60,028 nucleotides of DNA, from NCBI GenBank assembly GCA_964358175.1, contig CAYHOI010000001.1:1-60028 (forward strand), in the 5' to 3' direction. Source of the DNA: an uncultured Candidatus Marinamargulisbacteria bacterium. GTDB lineage: Bacteria > Margulisbacteria > Riflemargulisbacteria > GWF2-35-9. This document shows, one piece after another, positions 28,101 to 31,100 of the stretch. The notes beneath the pieces are model-generated. The model was not told the DNA's origin. It made no database searches and worked only from the letters and a program-made list of their open reading frames with translations. Made by a program: the position numbers and the translations under genes. The number at the start of each line of letters is the position of its first letter. Position 1 is the first letter of the stretch.

Positions 28101-31100
28101 ACCGATTTATATCCATCGGTTTGTCCCCGAGGAACCTGTAGTGTCATTCTTTAGTCCTTCGAATGGAAGCCGACAATATACCAATTCATTAAACGTTTTG
28201 GTGTCTTCAGATATGTCCCTGTCGCATCAGGATTATCTGTGGCTGATTACGGAGAATAGTACGCCTCCGACCCTTATGGATCCGAAGTGGACGACTCTAA
28301 ATGGGGAGTATCGCCTCGCAGAGGGTTCAGATGGCACCAGAAACTTATGGGTCTGGGTAAAGAATAGTTATGGGATGACTCTGCGGGCTGTTACTGCAAA
28401 TATTATGTTGGATCGTTCTTTGCCTACTGGGAACGTCAAAGTGGGACGAAGCGAGATTTGGTTTGGCAAGCAAACGTTCCTTCTGGAAACGAGTAAATTA
28501 CTGCCCGTGCCCCCTCAAGTCCTTCTCACCTTTGCTAGGGACGGAGTGACTAAATCTATGAATGTGAGTGGGGCGAACGGGAAATATCGAGCTGATTTCA
28601 CCTTTAAGGAAGATTTTGGTGAAGGGTATGTGACGATTCAGATTCAGATGGAAGACTATGCGGGGAATGTGTCTACCGTGAATATTGGCGCAACCAGGGT
28701 GCTCTTGAAGGTGATGTATCCCCACAGCCCGATTTTGAAAATAATGGATTTGGCGACTCATCAGTTGGATTATACGAACAACTTATCCAAAATCTATTGG
28801 AATTTGCTGGTGACCAAAAATAACTCAGAAGAAACATGGACTGACCAAAAATGGTACATCATCGACGATGTGACGGCCAATCGGCCTGAAGGCTACGATC
28901 CGAGATGGCTGGAATATTCTCCACAGCAAGGGGTTACCCTGCCTTCCGCATCCTATTTCAGGATGTATGGTGAGCAGGGCATCGAAACGAGTTCGTATAA
29001 TCCCCCAAAAGGCTATTTGAACAAGATGTTTTATGCATGGTTTAAAAATAGCGGAGGGTATGTAAGCCTACTGCCTTCAGTCGCAAGGATCACCGTTGAT
29101 GTGACTGCGCCCTCGGCGACCCTGAACTACCTCCCTTTACAGGGGACGACCGATGCACAGCTCAAGTTAACTCTTAACACTAGCGAGGGGGTAACGGTTT
29201 ACGGTTCAAAAATGATTCATTCAGATGGGGTGAATTCTTTTGAATTCATTGGATCTGGCAACCTATGGCTGACAACTAATTTGGGGGTGCGACCCTCAAA
29301 ACATCCTTTATTCTCAACTGTTATTCAGGATTATGCGGGGAATCAGACTACATTAGATGTTGATCTTCAACCCTATTTACAGATTTCAAGTATTAATTGT
29401 GTTACCCAGAGTGTTTCTCGGCTGGATAAAGATATCACTCTTCTTAGAATAGAAGTTTCTGCGTCAACTAAAGTGATTCTTTACGGACTTGTTATTCAAA
29501 AAACAGGAGATGATGGACACCGGACGCTGAGGACAATGCGATTGGTGAGTGGAAATACAGTGCTCAGCACTGCAACGTTCCCCAAAGACCAAATGACTGC
29601 GGAATTTGTCATGAAGGGTGGCGGTATGGTGATCACTCGACCCACTGTGCTAACCGTACGAGCTGATATTGAGGCGTCGGCAATGGAGCCGTTTGCTCTC
29701 AACGTTGATCGAAGTGGCTGGAAGGTGGATACCTATAACATTGCCTTAGAAGAGAACTTGCCATTTACTTCTGCCCCTTTCCAGATTATGGATGGAAGTA
29801 ATGAGCTGAGAATCTATCTTGAAGATAATTCTTGGCGTACTCAAACGGTGAAAGTCCATCAAAACGACAGAGATATTCTTCTTGGACAGTTCAATATGGA
29901 AAGTTACCCCTATAGTACGATGCTTAAGATGATTACCTTAAATATATCTGGAAATCTTACGACTCCTGGTTTGAGCGGGGTTCGGTTGATTCGAGATAGC
30001 AATTACAATGGGGTTTATGATCAACTCGAGGATGATCAGGTTGGCAATAGTCAAGCACAAGCACCAAAGCCAAGCACTTTATTGCTTAAGGGTCTTGATG
30101 AGAAAGTATCGCAAGTAGCGCAGAGGTATTTTATTGTGGGGGATATAGCATTAAGCGCGACCGTAAATAATTCTTTTCAGTTTAAAATTGCATCGAAAGC
30201 GGATGTTCAGCTGGGAGACAATCAATTTGTGAACGAGCGTGCACTGCCAATGTTGACCCAGACGAACACTGTGCTTCCTTATGTTCCAAAGGTCAGCCTT
30301 TCCGTTCGGAATGCTGTGAGCGAAGATGTTTTCCAGAGTCAAACCATTCAGCCCTATAGTTACTTGAGGTTTGCGACCGATTATCGTACGAGTAGTTTGA
30401 AAGAATTGGTCTTTAGAGTGTCCTGTAACATGTCTTATGACAATGTCGATATAATCAAGCTATTTATTGTAACTTCAGACAGTGCTGTGATTAATGTCTC
30501 GGATGAGCAATCTGCCAACACTCTAAAAGATCAAGATAAAATTAAAATGACCATGACGAATGAATTTCTCGTGACATCGAGTGGACGTTATTTGGCCGTT
30601 GGAATGAAGTTGAAGCCGGGTACTTCAACCGGACAGTTGCAATTGGTACTGCTTGCCGAAGGTATATCCTTCAATGAATCGGGCAAAAATGAGAATACAA
30701 GCAATCTTGACTTGGGACTTCTCAATATTGTGGATCTGCACCAGCCGATTTTTGATGGGGTGGATGTTCCACGGTATATCAATATAGCGGATCATGTGTC
30801 CTACAATTTTGATGTTGGCGTAAGTGCAGATCATACTGTGGTTGCTACCCTTGAAGTAGCGATTGGAAGTGATAGTGGACAGGAGAATGTAATGGCATGG
30901 ACTGCCTATGCTTTCAACCCACCAGCAGCCTATTTTGTGGACAAGGCCGGGGTGATGAATGGGCTTGCCTTGCAGCACAATCAATCGTATTTCATGAAAA
31001 TCCGTGCGAAGAGTTTTGATTCAGCAGGAGACTATGTGTCGACGCAGAAAATTCTGCCCTTCAAGGTGGATATGACGCCCCCGGTTGTGGCTCAAGGCGC

